47,861 bases of DNA from Squatina squatina (lineage: Eukaryota). Location: NCBI GenBank assembly GCA_031763465.1, contig JARFOE010000176.1, positions 2,641,588 to 2,689,448 of the forward strand, written 5' to 3'. Each line of letters opens with the position of its first letter. Within the stretch, counting starts at the first letter, position 1. The notes under the pieces are model-generated. The model saw only the letters and a program-made list of their open reading frames with translations. It had not been told where the DNA came from and searched no databases. The translations under genes were made by a program, and so were the position numbers. Of this stretch, positions 1 to 11,058 are shown one piece after another.

Positions 1-595
1 CCGACAGTGATCAGCCCCCATCTTCTCTTCACCCACTCCAATCATCCGGCCCCGATCTCTGTCCGATGCCCCTCCCCCACCCATCCTTTTAACAGCACAG
101 CCCGATCCCTGATCGTTGGCCAACACCTTCCCCCCAACCACCGCTGACACTTTCCTCAGCCATATCCCCGATCATCGCACCCCCACTGCCCCGATCGTCT
201 GCCAATCCCTGATCCCCAATCGTCTCTCTCCATGTTCCGCCGCAACACCCCCAACCAATCATCTGTCCTACCCTCAGATCCTCTTCCCCCTAGGTTCCTC
301 TGCCTGACCTCTGATCTTCTCTCTTCACCCACGTCACACACCCCGATCCATCTAACGGCCCGGCCCTCACATGAACCCTCCCTCCTTCCCTCTCTGCTCA
401 GCCGAAGGTCCACCTGCCCGCAGTCAGCCAGCCTCTCAATCTGGCTGGATGCGGACGGGAATCCGAGGATCACATGCAAATCAGGTAAAAATCCGTTAAA
501 GTCGGCAGGGCCTGCGGGGAAACCCAGCCTCCCGGGTTTCCTACCAGACTTGGATGTCCTGCCCCCAACCTGCCTCCTTTGTGAAAATTCCGGCC
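1..595. repeat. C-rich low-complexity interspersed repeat, probable end of a non-autonomous DNA transposon
   Basis: Recurrent CCGATC/CCCC motifs over 1-420, then a GC-rich segment ending GTGAAAATTCCGGCC, whose reverse complement resembles GGGCCAGAATTT at 37072. Composition switches to AT-rich after about 595. Confidence 0.4.
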
Positions 596-2618
596 TCTCT
601 CAAGTATTGAAGGCCATTGATTCTTTGCTATCTACTACAAAGAAATTGAGGCTTTGTTGAGTTTTCTTTTGCAAACACCGAGAGTGAAACCTCTTAATTA
701 TTTCATTTCAATTCCATGGAGTCAACTTGTTAGCTTCACACAGCTGCACCATATTGGAGACCTGCACTGAGAATCCACTCACTGGAGAAAGTGACACTGC
801 TTCAAGTAATTCCTAGATCTTCAGCTGTTTCAACACAAAAAGAATTTATTGCAGAGTTTGAGTGTGTCTCCCTTCAGTTTACTGCAATGTGGTCCAATTA
901 ATGTAAACCAACCCAACATGTCAACAAGCACATTCATAATATGCATGCATTATTCACGCACCGAGATTTTCTTAAGGGCCACAGTTTCAACCCCGGTCCA
1001 TGAACTGTTCCTAAAGACACGACAATTCTGCATGATGGACAGATGGGATATGGCACTGCACTGGCAATTGCTCACAGTAAATGCTTGATTTTATTCCTGC
1101 CATTGTAGGTAGTTGCCAAGTAGAGTTCAGCTATTGTAGGTTGCCAAGTGAAGTTCAGGCACCGGGAAGAGAATGAGTAAAACTAAAGTTCCAGCAAATG
1201 CTGTTATTTGAATAGAATTCTTTCACTTCCTGCACAGAAGCTGAGCCAGTTCTTCCTTTTAGCAGCATTTCCTTTCCATTATTTGCTGGACAGCAAATAT
1301 AGGAGAGAGCTGAATCCCAGTTTGGTCAACATCTCACAAGCTAGGCAGGGAGCAGCGAGTCTGCCGAACATTGTCGGTGAAGGAAAGACAGGTCATTATT
1401 AGGAGTACAGATAATTGGGTACCATGAAAACAGTATTTACATTTAAGTGATGAACAATTACAGAAAAGAAATAACACTAAGAGATAGATTTGATGGCTAA
1501 AGCAGACAATACTGAATTTGAGAGTAGCTGTCTCTTGGTTCTGAACTGTAGGCTGTGCTGTTAATTGGGAAATGTTATACAATACCACAGGTGGCTGCTT
1601 ATTGCACTGGGAATATTTCTGGCCCCTTTGTTCTTGGAATGCCTTGAAAACAAAATATTGATGCTTTCTGAAAGCTGCGAGAAGGAAGTTCCAGTTGTGT
1701 GGCATTAATAAGCGTTGCATTTCTTGTAATAGGATCTGACAGGCATTTCATTTGGAAAAAGATATAGATGTAAGAAGCACTTTGCAGAGCAGCCTTACAG
1801 ATAAAGGGAGAACAGTTGCTTGTTTTTTTCACAGCTTTTTTTTTGAGTTGTGTATGNNNNNNNNNNNNNNNNNNNNNNNNNNNNNNNNNNNNNNNNNNNN
1901 NNNNNNNNNNNNNNNNNNNNNNNNNNNNNNNNNNNNNNNNNNNNNNNNNNNNNNNNTGCAGCTGAGGCAGTGAAGATGAAAAGTAAGAAATTTGGTTCCA
2001 TCCTTGACAGGGTACTTTAAAGCTTACTGGACTGGATTTTACTGCATCTAATTAAGGTTGTCTGTGTTGTGTTTGATGGAAATTATCCTCTAGCAAGTAG
2101 AGGTTTATTGTAAGCTCCACTGGATGAAATGTGCTGGCTTTAGAAAATGACGTGTCAATGTTAATCTCTCAGTCCAGGTAACCTGAGTGGGATCTGACGT
2201 GCGATTACACATAAGTTTCAGTATTGCAATTTCAGAGTAATGAGAGTTCATTCTTATCTGAAGTAATCTCACCTGCTGGGAATCTGTTGCTGGGTAAATG
2301 CACGGCAGGAGGTGGTGGGTGTTGAAATATTGACTGCACCATGTATTCTGGCAGCATGTCCCAGATGATAACAAAAGTCCAAGGGGAGGACTTGCTCCAT
2401 TTTTGCACTTGAGTTGCTTGCTGTATTGAGCGTGAGTTCAGCGCCAACCCAGAAGACTGTTTAGTTCTCTCCTCCTTGGTTTTGCATTAAATTAATTCTC
2501 TTTGTCAAACACAAGCNNNNNNNNNNNNNNNNNNNNNNNNNNNNNNNNNNNNNNNNNNNNNNNNNNNNNNNNNNNNNNNNNNNNNNNNNNNNNNNNNNNN
2601 NNNNNNNNNNNNNNNNCC

Positions 2619-3665
2619 TCAAAAGGCAAGATACTGCGGATGCTGGAAATCTGAAATAAAACAGAAAATGCTGGAAATACTCAGCATCCATGGAGAGAGA
2701 AACAGAGTTAGTGCTTCAGGTCTGTGACAGTTTGTCAGAACTGGAAAATGCTACACATGGAACAGATTTTAAGTAAGTACAGGTGTAGGGAAATGGGGAC
2801 GGAGCAAGGGAGGGGAGAGGAGGAGACAAGAACAAAGAGAAGGTCTGTGATAGGGTGGAAGACAGGAGTGATTTAAATGACAAAAGGAATGATGGTGCAA
2901 GGTAAAAGGGGGTGGTAATGGAACAAGTAAAGAAATAAAAGATGGATCTAGAGGAGATGTAAATGGGAATAGCAAAATCAGTTGCTGTCTGACAAAATGG
3001 AATCAGTGGTTATGATCTGAACTTGTTGCAATCACTGTTGAGACCGGAAGACTGTAAAGTCCCTGATCGAAAGATGAGGTGCTGTGAGGAATTTATTCCA
3101 NNNNNNNNNNAGGGAGAAAATGTAATCAAGGTAGCTGTGGGAGTCAGTAGGCCTATCCCCGGAAATGGAGATAGAGAAGTCGAGGAACGGAAGGGAAAAG
3201 TCAGAACTGGACCATGTGAAGGCGAGAAAAGGGAGGATGGAAATTTGAAGCAAAGTTGATTAAATTTTCCAGGTCGAGGCGAGAGCAGAAAGTCATCAAT
3301 GTATCAGAAAAAGAGGTGAGGGAGGGAACCTGAATAGGACTGGAACAAAGAATGTTCCACGTGTCCCAGAAAAAAGCAGGTATAGCTGGAATAAGGACTC
3401 CCTTGACAACAAATTTTATTTGGAGGAAGGGAGAGGACCCAAAGGAGAAATTGTTTACTGCAAGAACAAGTTCAGCGTGGCGGAGGAGTGTGGTGGTGGA
3501 TGGGGACTGATTTGGAGTAAGTTCAAGAAAGAATCAGAGAGATCGCAGGTTGTCCTGAAGGGGGATGGAGGTGTAGAAAGAATGGATGTCCATGGTGAAA
3601 AGGAGTCAGTAAGGGCCAGGCGACTGGGAACAGTTAAAGCGGCGGAGGGCGTTGGAAGAGTCACT
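2619..3665 (-). mobile_element. Penelope-like retroelement, degenerate 3' part (RT C-terminus, end of GIY-YIG region, pLTR)
   Basis: Minus-strand peptides FTWSSSDFSLPFLDFSISISGDRPTDSHSYLDY (PLE RT/thumb) and QHLIFRSGTLQSSGLN (PLE C-terminus). The terminal segment is shared with 36045-36150 and 39287-39392. Confidence 0.85.
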
Positions 3666-3724
3666 TCCTCAGCCCCTCTGCTGCTGGAACTTTCGTCTGT
3701 GTCTTGAGCACCTAAATGCCAAAA

Positions 3725-3990
3725 TGTCTAAAACTGTCTGCACATATCCTGTCCCACTCACCCATTACCCCAGTCCTTGCTGACCTACACTGGGTCCCTG
3801 CCTCCCCATGCATTCAATTTAAAATCACTCCCCTCTTCTTACACTGCATCTTCTCCAGCCTTAGATCCTCTCCCGAATGCACTTCTCCGATCTCCAAATT
3901 TTTGTGCAGCCCCATCCCTGTTCCACAGCATTGGTGGCATATCCTTCAGCCACTTCAGTTCTACTCTCTGGAACTCCACCTCTTTAAAAA
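3725..3990 (+). mobile_element. L2 LINE 3' fragment
   Basis: SHSPITPVLADLHWVP...IQFKI, the hallmark L2 ORF2 C-terminal motif. Confidence 0.8.
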
Positions 3991-4012
3991 AAAACATCAA
4001 GTGTCAGCTTAC

Positions 4013-4266
4013 CTCAGTGGAAGCGATATCATCTGAATCAGAAGCTCATGAGATCAAGCCCTACAATAGCACTTGAGTACATGATCTAGTCTGATATTTC
4101 AGTGCAACACTGAGGCAGTGTTGCAGTGTCAGGGGTGGTGGCTTTTCAAGAAATTGTTAAACCGAACCCTCCTGTCTGCCACTTCAGGTGAATGGCCATA
4201 CTCAAAAAGTGGAGGAGTTCTACAGGTGTCCTGGACAATACTCAACTCTCAACCAGTATCACCAAA
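4013..4266 (+). mobile_element. Deu-domain SINE (SacSINE1/AmnSINE-like), diverged 5' part
   Basis: Colinear with the reverse complement of the full-length copy at 28290-28750 (tRNA-like head, then CAGTGCAACACTGAGG...GTTAAACC). Confidence 0.7.
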
Positions 4267-4366
4267 NNNNNNNNNNNNNNNNNNNNNNNNNNNNNNNNNN
4301 NNNNNNNNNNNNNNNNNNNNNNNNNNNNNNNNNNNNNNNNNNNNNNNNNNNNNNNNNNNNNNNNNN

Positions 4367-4862
4367 CCATCTACAAAACACAAGTCAGGAGTGTGATGGA
4401 ATACTGTCCACCTGCCTGGGTGAGTGCAGCTCCAACAGCTTTCAAGAAGCTCAACATCAAGGCAACCCTCTTGATCAGCATACCATCCACCACCTTAACC
4501 ATTCACTCTCTCACCACTGGTGCACCGTGACTGCAGTGTGTACCATCTACAAGATGCACTGCGGGAACTTGCCAAGGCTTCTTCAACAGCACCTCAAACC
4601 GGCGACCTCTACCACCTAGAACGACAAGGGCAGCAGGTGCATGGGAACACCACCACCTCCAAGTTACACACCATCCTGACTTGGAAACATATCCTTCAAA
4701 GTCGCTGGTTCAAAATCCTGGAAAACCTAACAGTACTGTGGGAGTACCTTCACCACACGGACTGCAGCGGTCCAAGAAGAAGGTTCACCATCACCTTCTG
4801 GCGGGCAATTAGGGAAGGGCAATAAATGCTGGCCTTGCCAGCAATGACCACATCCCAGGAAC
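4367..4862 (+). mobile_element. Non-LTR retrotransposon (CR1/L2 superclade) 3' end
   Basis: IYKTQVRSVMEYCPPAW and AVCTIYKMHC post-RT motifs with frameshifts; AATAAA near 4821. Confidence 0.75.
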
Positions 4863-5898
4863 AATTTTTTAAAAACCCGTTGGCACGAGGTTACTAGAGA
4901 TAAAGTAACAGAGTTTATCCTTTTTGAAAGCAAGCTATTAATCTTAAACAGATTGTGAATTTGTATTCTGTAATATAGTTATTTGTTTCTGACAGTGAGC
5001 AGAAATTGCAATTAAATGTTGATGCACTGACAAGTGGCGCACGTAGCTGTGAGTAAGTGATTAGCTCGATGTGTGCCAGTGACTGCTGTCGCAAGCACCT
5101 GCTACACTACTGCCAGCAGGAACCTGATTACGCCAGACTCCAGATGGATCTATCCTTAAAAAGTGGATTTTCTAGAAAGTTACCCACATAATTTCACCTT
5201 ATTTGGTAAAATGAAAGGTAGAACCATCCGCTTGCCTTTTTTTCCCCCATTTTGTGTTCTCTCCCCCACCATTCTCTCTCAATAGGAATATTGAGTACAT
5301 GTTAAACTACGGCCTAAGATCTCTGCACTTCTCTTTATCGTGCACACAAATGTTGGCCTGGCCTCATGATTTGAATTTTCATTCAGTGATAATCTTCATT
5401 GTTTTTGGACATTAAGGCCACTGCAGTAGGAGTTCTGTGCTGTAGTTCAAAATTCAGAAGTTGCAGGGAGCTCACCATGCTCACAAACACAGCAAAGTTT
5501 ACCTCTTTCACCAGAAGGCACATGATTCTTGACAGGCTGACTGAATCACCATTATCTTTTACAAAGATGTAGGGAGCTCATTGGACTAATAAAAAGAACA
5601 CCATCAGCTTCTCTCCTCAGAAATCCAGGGTAACTAGGATATCATTCACTTCTCTTCAGAAGATACAGGGGGGATTACTGGGAGAACATGATTCATGTGC
5701 TTTGAGTGGGGATGGGGCATTAAATTGGGAGATCTGTTGTAAAACACATTCAGATATGATCCTACTGTATCAAGTAGCACCCCTGATACATTTCTGCTTA
5801 CCTGAGATGAGATGTCAAACAAGGTTTGTGTTCTGTCTCCTGTGGATTGCTTGCATGCTTTGCCTGTCTTCCACTAAATTCTAGTCCTGAAAACTTTA

Positions 5899-5975
5899 AA
5901 GAAAGAAAGAACTTGCATTTACATAGCATCTTTCACAACCTCGGAACATCCCAAAGCCCTTCACAGCCAATGAAG
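5899..5975 (-). mobile_element. Deu SINE 3' tail fragment
   Basis: AAAGAAAGAACTTGCATTTACATAGC...CACAGCCAATGAAG matches the tail of the 28290-28750 copy. Confidence 0.7.
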
Positions 5976-6004
5976 GATTTCATTCTAACCCATCTTAACA
6001 GCTG

Positions 6005-6238
6005 TATTACCAGAGATGCTGTCCTTTGGATGAGATGTTAAATCCAACTCCTGCTCCGACTTCTTATGTTCTTATGTTCCTATGTCTGCCCTCTCAGGTG
6101 GATATAAAAGATCCCATGGCAACATTTCAAAGAAAAGCAGGGGTTTGATCTGGTCATTATCACATTACTGTTGTGTCTGTGGGGCCTTACTGTGTGCCAA
6201 ATGGCAACTGCGCTTCGCACATTACAACAGTGACTTCA
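6005..6238 (+). mobile_element. Deu SINE internal fragment, interrupted by a short CR1 tail (about 6045-6085)
   Basis: GTCTGCCCTCTCAGGTGGATATAAAAGATCCCATGGCA Deu core; CR1-type tail CTCCTGCTCC..(TTCTTATG)n. Confidence 0.7.
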
Positions 6239-7284
6239 TAAGAACATAAGATATAGAAGCAGGAGTCGACCATTCAGCCCCCNNNNNNNNNNNNNNNNNN
6301 NNNNNNNNNNNNNNNNNNNNNNNNNNNNNNNNNNNNNNNNNNNNNNNNNNNNNNNNNNNNNNNNNNNNNNNNNNNNNNNNNNGTGTGTTTTCTATTGAAT
6401 TTAATATTTTTACAGCCTGTGTTTCCCTTTCTAGCCAATTGCACCGTCATTCGCAGTCATTGTCGTTTCAGCAACTGTGTTGTTTTTCTGTAGCTGCTCT
6501 TCATTCTTCTGTCTTCAAAGCTCATTTGTCGTACCAACCGAACACCTTTCATCTCATTCTCTAGTGGGTTTAAATACCGGACTATAGAACAGAATATATT
6601 TCCATCTACAAGGCTGAACATGATTGCTAAGAGTACTGATTTTTTTCCTTTTGCATGTTTTTATCCCCTCTTCCTTTTTAAAGACTTTGCTGTTTCAGTC
6701 TTTTACTCTGTGTGAGATTAACATTGGGTCTGTGTCTGAAAATGATGCCTCCTGCATGGATAATCCACCAGTCTCTTCATCACCCTGTGACTAAGACTGA
6801 TCACAATTGTAATAGCCTGATGTCAAGGGCTGCCTGAAGGATGAATGTGCTATGTAGTCCTGATCTTGGAATGGGTTTGAAGGGTTTGGTGGTTATATGA
6901 TCCTGATCTTCAATGGATCTTTGGGTTGGTATTACTGAACCTGAGGGATAGTTGAGGGCTGTAGTGGTTGTTTTGTTATCAAAAACATGATTGTTGTGTG
7001 AGAAACTTTTGTAGTTCTGATCACAAAATGTGGGGGTTGGTAGTAGGGGTACGTGGCACTCAACTTGCCATAGTTTGTCTTCATTAACTAAGGCAGCCTA
7101 AGTTTATCTCGTGAATTAACATATTTCAGGATTTAACTGTTGCAATTTTCTGAGCACCTCCTCATAATGATGAAGAACACCTTAACAGAAAATATTTGCT
7201 TTCATATATATAGATGGAAAAAGCAAAGTCATATAACTTTTTCACAAGTCCAACAGACCTATTCAGTTTGATTATGGTTGCTCA

Positions 7285-7660
7285 AGCCCTGCTGTCAGAG
7301 TTACTTTCACAATCCTGAACTCCCAGCTACTCGCTATGCTATAAACTACAGCTGGCAGGGACTTCCACAGTCCCATAACTCCCAGCCACATGTCACACAT
7401 TCATTGCTCTGCTGGTAGGGACTCCCACAGTCTCATAATTCCCAACTACCTGTCACACATTCAGGACCCTGCTGGCAGTGACTCCCACGGTCCCATAACT
7501 CCCAGCTACCTGTCACACATTCATTGCTCTGCTGGTAGTAACGTGCATAATCCTATAATTCCCAGCTACCTGTCACACGTTGAGGCCCTGCTGGCACTGA
7601 CTCTTAGAATCTTATAATTTCCCAGTTACTTGCCACGTAGCACATGCCTTGCTGTGAGAC
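7285..7660. repeat. 60-bp minisatellite, about 6 units, alternating A/B variants
   Basis: Units starting CCCAGCTAC-like at about 7321, 7381, 7441, 7501, 7561 and 7621. Confidence 0.9.
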
Positions 7661-8599
7661 TAATTCACATAGTCTTGTAACCAGACGCTCATCCACCATC
7701 TACTAAATGCCCTTGTTATTGAACCGTATGCACGGTCCTGTAGCCTCTATTGGTCACCTCACAGTGTCTGTTGTTTTTGTGATGAAATATTAATTTATCA
7801 CAAGAGCAGAAGTACGGACATTATGGCAAAATGCACAAGAACTCAAGACATTTATCAAGTCTTTACTTCAGTGAGTAATGCAAGCTGTAGTCCTAGAGGA
7901 GCAGAGTTACCCTGTAAGAGCGAGTTGTTGTCCGTATCGCTGAGTGACATGAGCTCTGTATTTCTACAAGTACACACAGCTGTTCTGTGAAAGTGTATTA
8001 TCACTATCTGTTGTAGTGAATCAGATATTCTTGGAAGAGGCCAATTTTCAGACTGTCTGATTTAAGGGCAATTTAGAGATTCTTGCAGTATTAATTCTGC
8101 TCAATTTACACTGAATCGATCGTACTCCATTTTCAACTTCCCTGCATTTCATCACNNNNNNNNNNNNNNNNNNNNNNNNNNNNNNNNNNNNNNNNNNNNN
8201 NNNNNNNNNNNNNNNNNNNNNNNNNNNNNNNNNNNNNNNNNNNNNNNNNNNNNNNGTCTGTATCATCTAGTAACAATCAAAGGAGTTAGAGGTTTGATGT
8301 TACAAGTTATTATAAACATTAGACTGGAAATGGGTTCGAACAGCTGAGAAAGATCCTGAAATGCAACTCGATCAATATTGTCCTTTTGCCATGGAAAAAC
8401 ATTTCATGAATTTATTATTAGGCCAAGCTATTACTTTATATTTATTATGTTACTGCATCTGGTGCACATGGAGATACAGTTGTTGGATATTTTCTGAACT
8501 CTACATTTACAGGAGAATGAATTTGGAATACTGAGTCTATCAGTATGATTGCATTGGTGCAGTACCTTTTCATGCATCAAGCCCAGATGGGTGAACTTC

Positions 8600-8816
8600 T
8601 CTGCCTTTCTTCAAAAGATGCCATGGGACCTTTGACATCCACCTGAGAGGGCAGAAAGGGGCCTGGGTTTAATGTCTCATCTGAGAAACAGCACCTCCCG
8701 ACAGTGCAGCACTCCCCCAGTACTAGACTAAAACGTCAGCCTAAATAATGTGCTCAAGTCTCTGGAGTGTGACTTGGACCCATAACCATCTGACTCAGAG
8801 GTTAGCCACTGAGCCA
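8600..8816 (-). mobile_element. Deu SINE 5' half
   Basis: GATGCCATGGGACCTTTGACATCCACCTGAGAGGGCAGA...CCACTGAGCCA, same orientation and sequence as 28510-28746. Confidence 0.8.
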
Positions 8817-9665
8817 NNNNNNNNNNNNNNNNNNNNNNNNNNNNNNNNNNNNNNNNNNNNNNNNNNNNNNNNNNNNNNNNNNNNNNNNNNNNNNNNNNNN
8901 NNNNNNNNNNNNNNNNGGTTGCTAGACCATAACCACTATGCTATGATATATCAACCTCACTGTCCATATTTAAAAATATAAAATGCTGTTGCCTTTTTAA
9001 TGGCTTATCTACTTTCACTTTTAGAGAATAATTTCTGCATCCATACTCTTTGGCCCCTTTAGTGTATATTCCCATTCCTTTTTTTCCTTCCCCAAATTTA
9101 TTCATGTTAAATTTCATCTGCTAACCTATCTACATCCTCCTGAAGTCTATTGCTCCAGATCATGCTTGGTAAAATCTCTTAAGCTCAGCAGATAGATGTC
9201 TTGTGCTCTGTCCACAGAATAATGCAAGGCAAACCAGGAGCAACTTCCAAAAGATGAGCTCCACTTTATCATCTTTTTTTAGTCTGTTTACTGCAGTGAT
9301 GCATGGTCTTCCACTTTGCACTTTGTTCTTGTATTGCCACCATCCTTTTTGTTAACCTAATAAAGTAGCTGTGTGCAAAACAACTTAAGTAAAAGATGAA
9401 GAGATTGAAGCTGGGATGCTGAAATGTCACAGAGCGACTGTGTGCGCCTCGATTCTGATGAATGAAAATGAGCTTTGTTGTGGCACGATGCCAAACAGAA
9501 AAGCACAGCAAACTTGAGGTTTTGGCCTTAAGGGCGGCCAATTCGTCCTTTTTATTGGGCGTTAANNNNNNNNNNNNNNNNNNNNNNNNNNNNNNNNNNN
9601 NNNNNNNNNNNNNNNNNNNNNNNNNNNNNNNNNNNNNNNNNNNNNNNNNNNNNNNNNNNNNNNNN

Positions 9666-9945
9666 GTCATCGCACCGACACTCTTCTCCATATTCCTCGC
9701 TGCAACACTCCATCCCATTTCCATGAAGCTCCCCACTGGAGTTGAGCTAACTTACAGAACGAGTGGGAAACTCTTCAACCTCTGCCGCCTCCAGTCCAAA
9801 TCCAAGATCACCTCAACCTCCGTCACCGAGCTGCAATATGCAGATGACACCTGCGTGTGCGCACACTCGGAATCCGAGCTTCAAACCACCGTTGATATAT
9901 TCACCGAGGCATACGAGAGAATCGGCCTCACACTGAACATCCCAG
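9666..9945 (+). mobile_element. RTE-clade LINE RT fragment
   Basis: VIAPTLFSIFL...YRTSGKLFNL...ELQYADD...LTLNI, including the catalytic YADD motif. Confidence 0.9.
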
Positions 9946-11058
9946 ACTATACTTCACACCTTAACATAAGCTCTGAAATATGCCGCATGGGTGTTACTAT
10001 AAATTCTAGAGTATGTTGCACAAAATATTGCAATATACTCCAAGGTAGTGTGCTCAGGAATATGGACAGCTGTTATTTAAGCCCTAGAATGGGAGACATC
10101 AACACACATAGAATCAAAGTTGCTGTAATTTTGAGCACCGCTTGTTCAAATCCAAATCCAGCATTGTGGCTGTGAAAGAGTTACAATGCTTTGTGCCCTC
10201 TAATTGCTGAAAATTCATGAAGATCCCGATTGCTTCACTGAGCTGCGTTGGTCTTCGCTTTGTTGCTAGGACACCTACAGCTCCTGGAAGTAATGGTTAG
10301 CAGTGTGACCTGTACTGAACATCACAAGCTGTTAATGGTCACGGCTCCTATTCTGCAGGTTGTGCAGGTCTTTAGATTATCTGGAGCAAGTGTGATGTTC
10401 TCTCGGCAACCTATGCATGTTCATTGGAAATCTGTCTCATCTCTCAGGATCTAAGTTCATTTGGAACATGGTCTATACGTAGGTGCTAGCAGTATCAGAA
10501 CCTCCTGGAGATAATGGTTCAAAAAACTCGAGCAACGTTTCTCTCCTGAAGGCACAAAGTTAAGAACTGAAAGGCACATAAACAGTAATAAATAATCAAG
10601 TAAATACAAGTGATTTAAATAGTGCAATCACTTCTTTCCTTGTGCCACTAACACACAGCAAAGTCCTGCTTTAGCAACACTGAAACTCTGGTCTTGATGA
10701 ATGTTATTCTGCCCAAAGCATCAAACTAGCTTTCAGGACCTTAGTGCCATTATGCAGTCCAGAGAAGATAAATACAGAATGGCATTGGTATTGCCCGAGG
10801 AGATGTCCATGGACTCAGCCGCTCTACTCTCCTCAACAAATGGATAGTGTTAGCATTGATGTGTGGGCTGAGGAAAATTGAAAAACAATATTGAAAATAA
10901 AATCACCGTGCTGTGTTGTGCTTTGGATGATAGCACATTTGTGTCTATTAGTGCAATANNNNNNNNNNNNNNNNNNNNNNNNNNNNNNNNNNNNNNNNNN
11001 NNNNNNNNNNNNNNNNNNNNNNNNNNNNNNNNNNNNNNNNNNNNNNNNNNNNNNNNNN

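Noticed and set aside
116-660. Pro-rich ORFs
   Set aside because: Arise from C-rich low-complexity repeat sequence.
2232-2447. Minus-strand ORF with a CAG|GTGAGA donor
   Set aside because: No recognisable protein and no clear acceptor.
7285-7660. CRISPR-like array
   Set aside because: Whole units are similar with no unique spacers, the context is eukaryotic, and there are no cas genes.
9462-10175. 237-aa ORF with YADD as a novel RT gene
   Set aside because: Spans a gap; only 9666-9945 is RT and it is an RTE LINE fragment.
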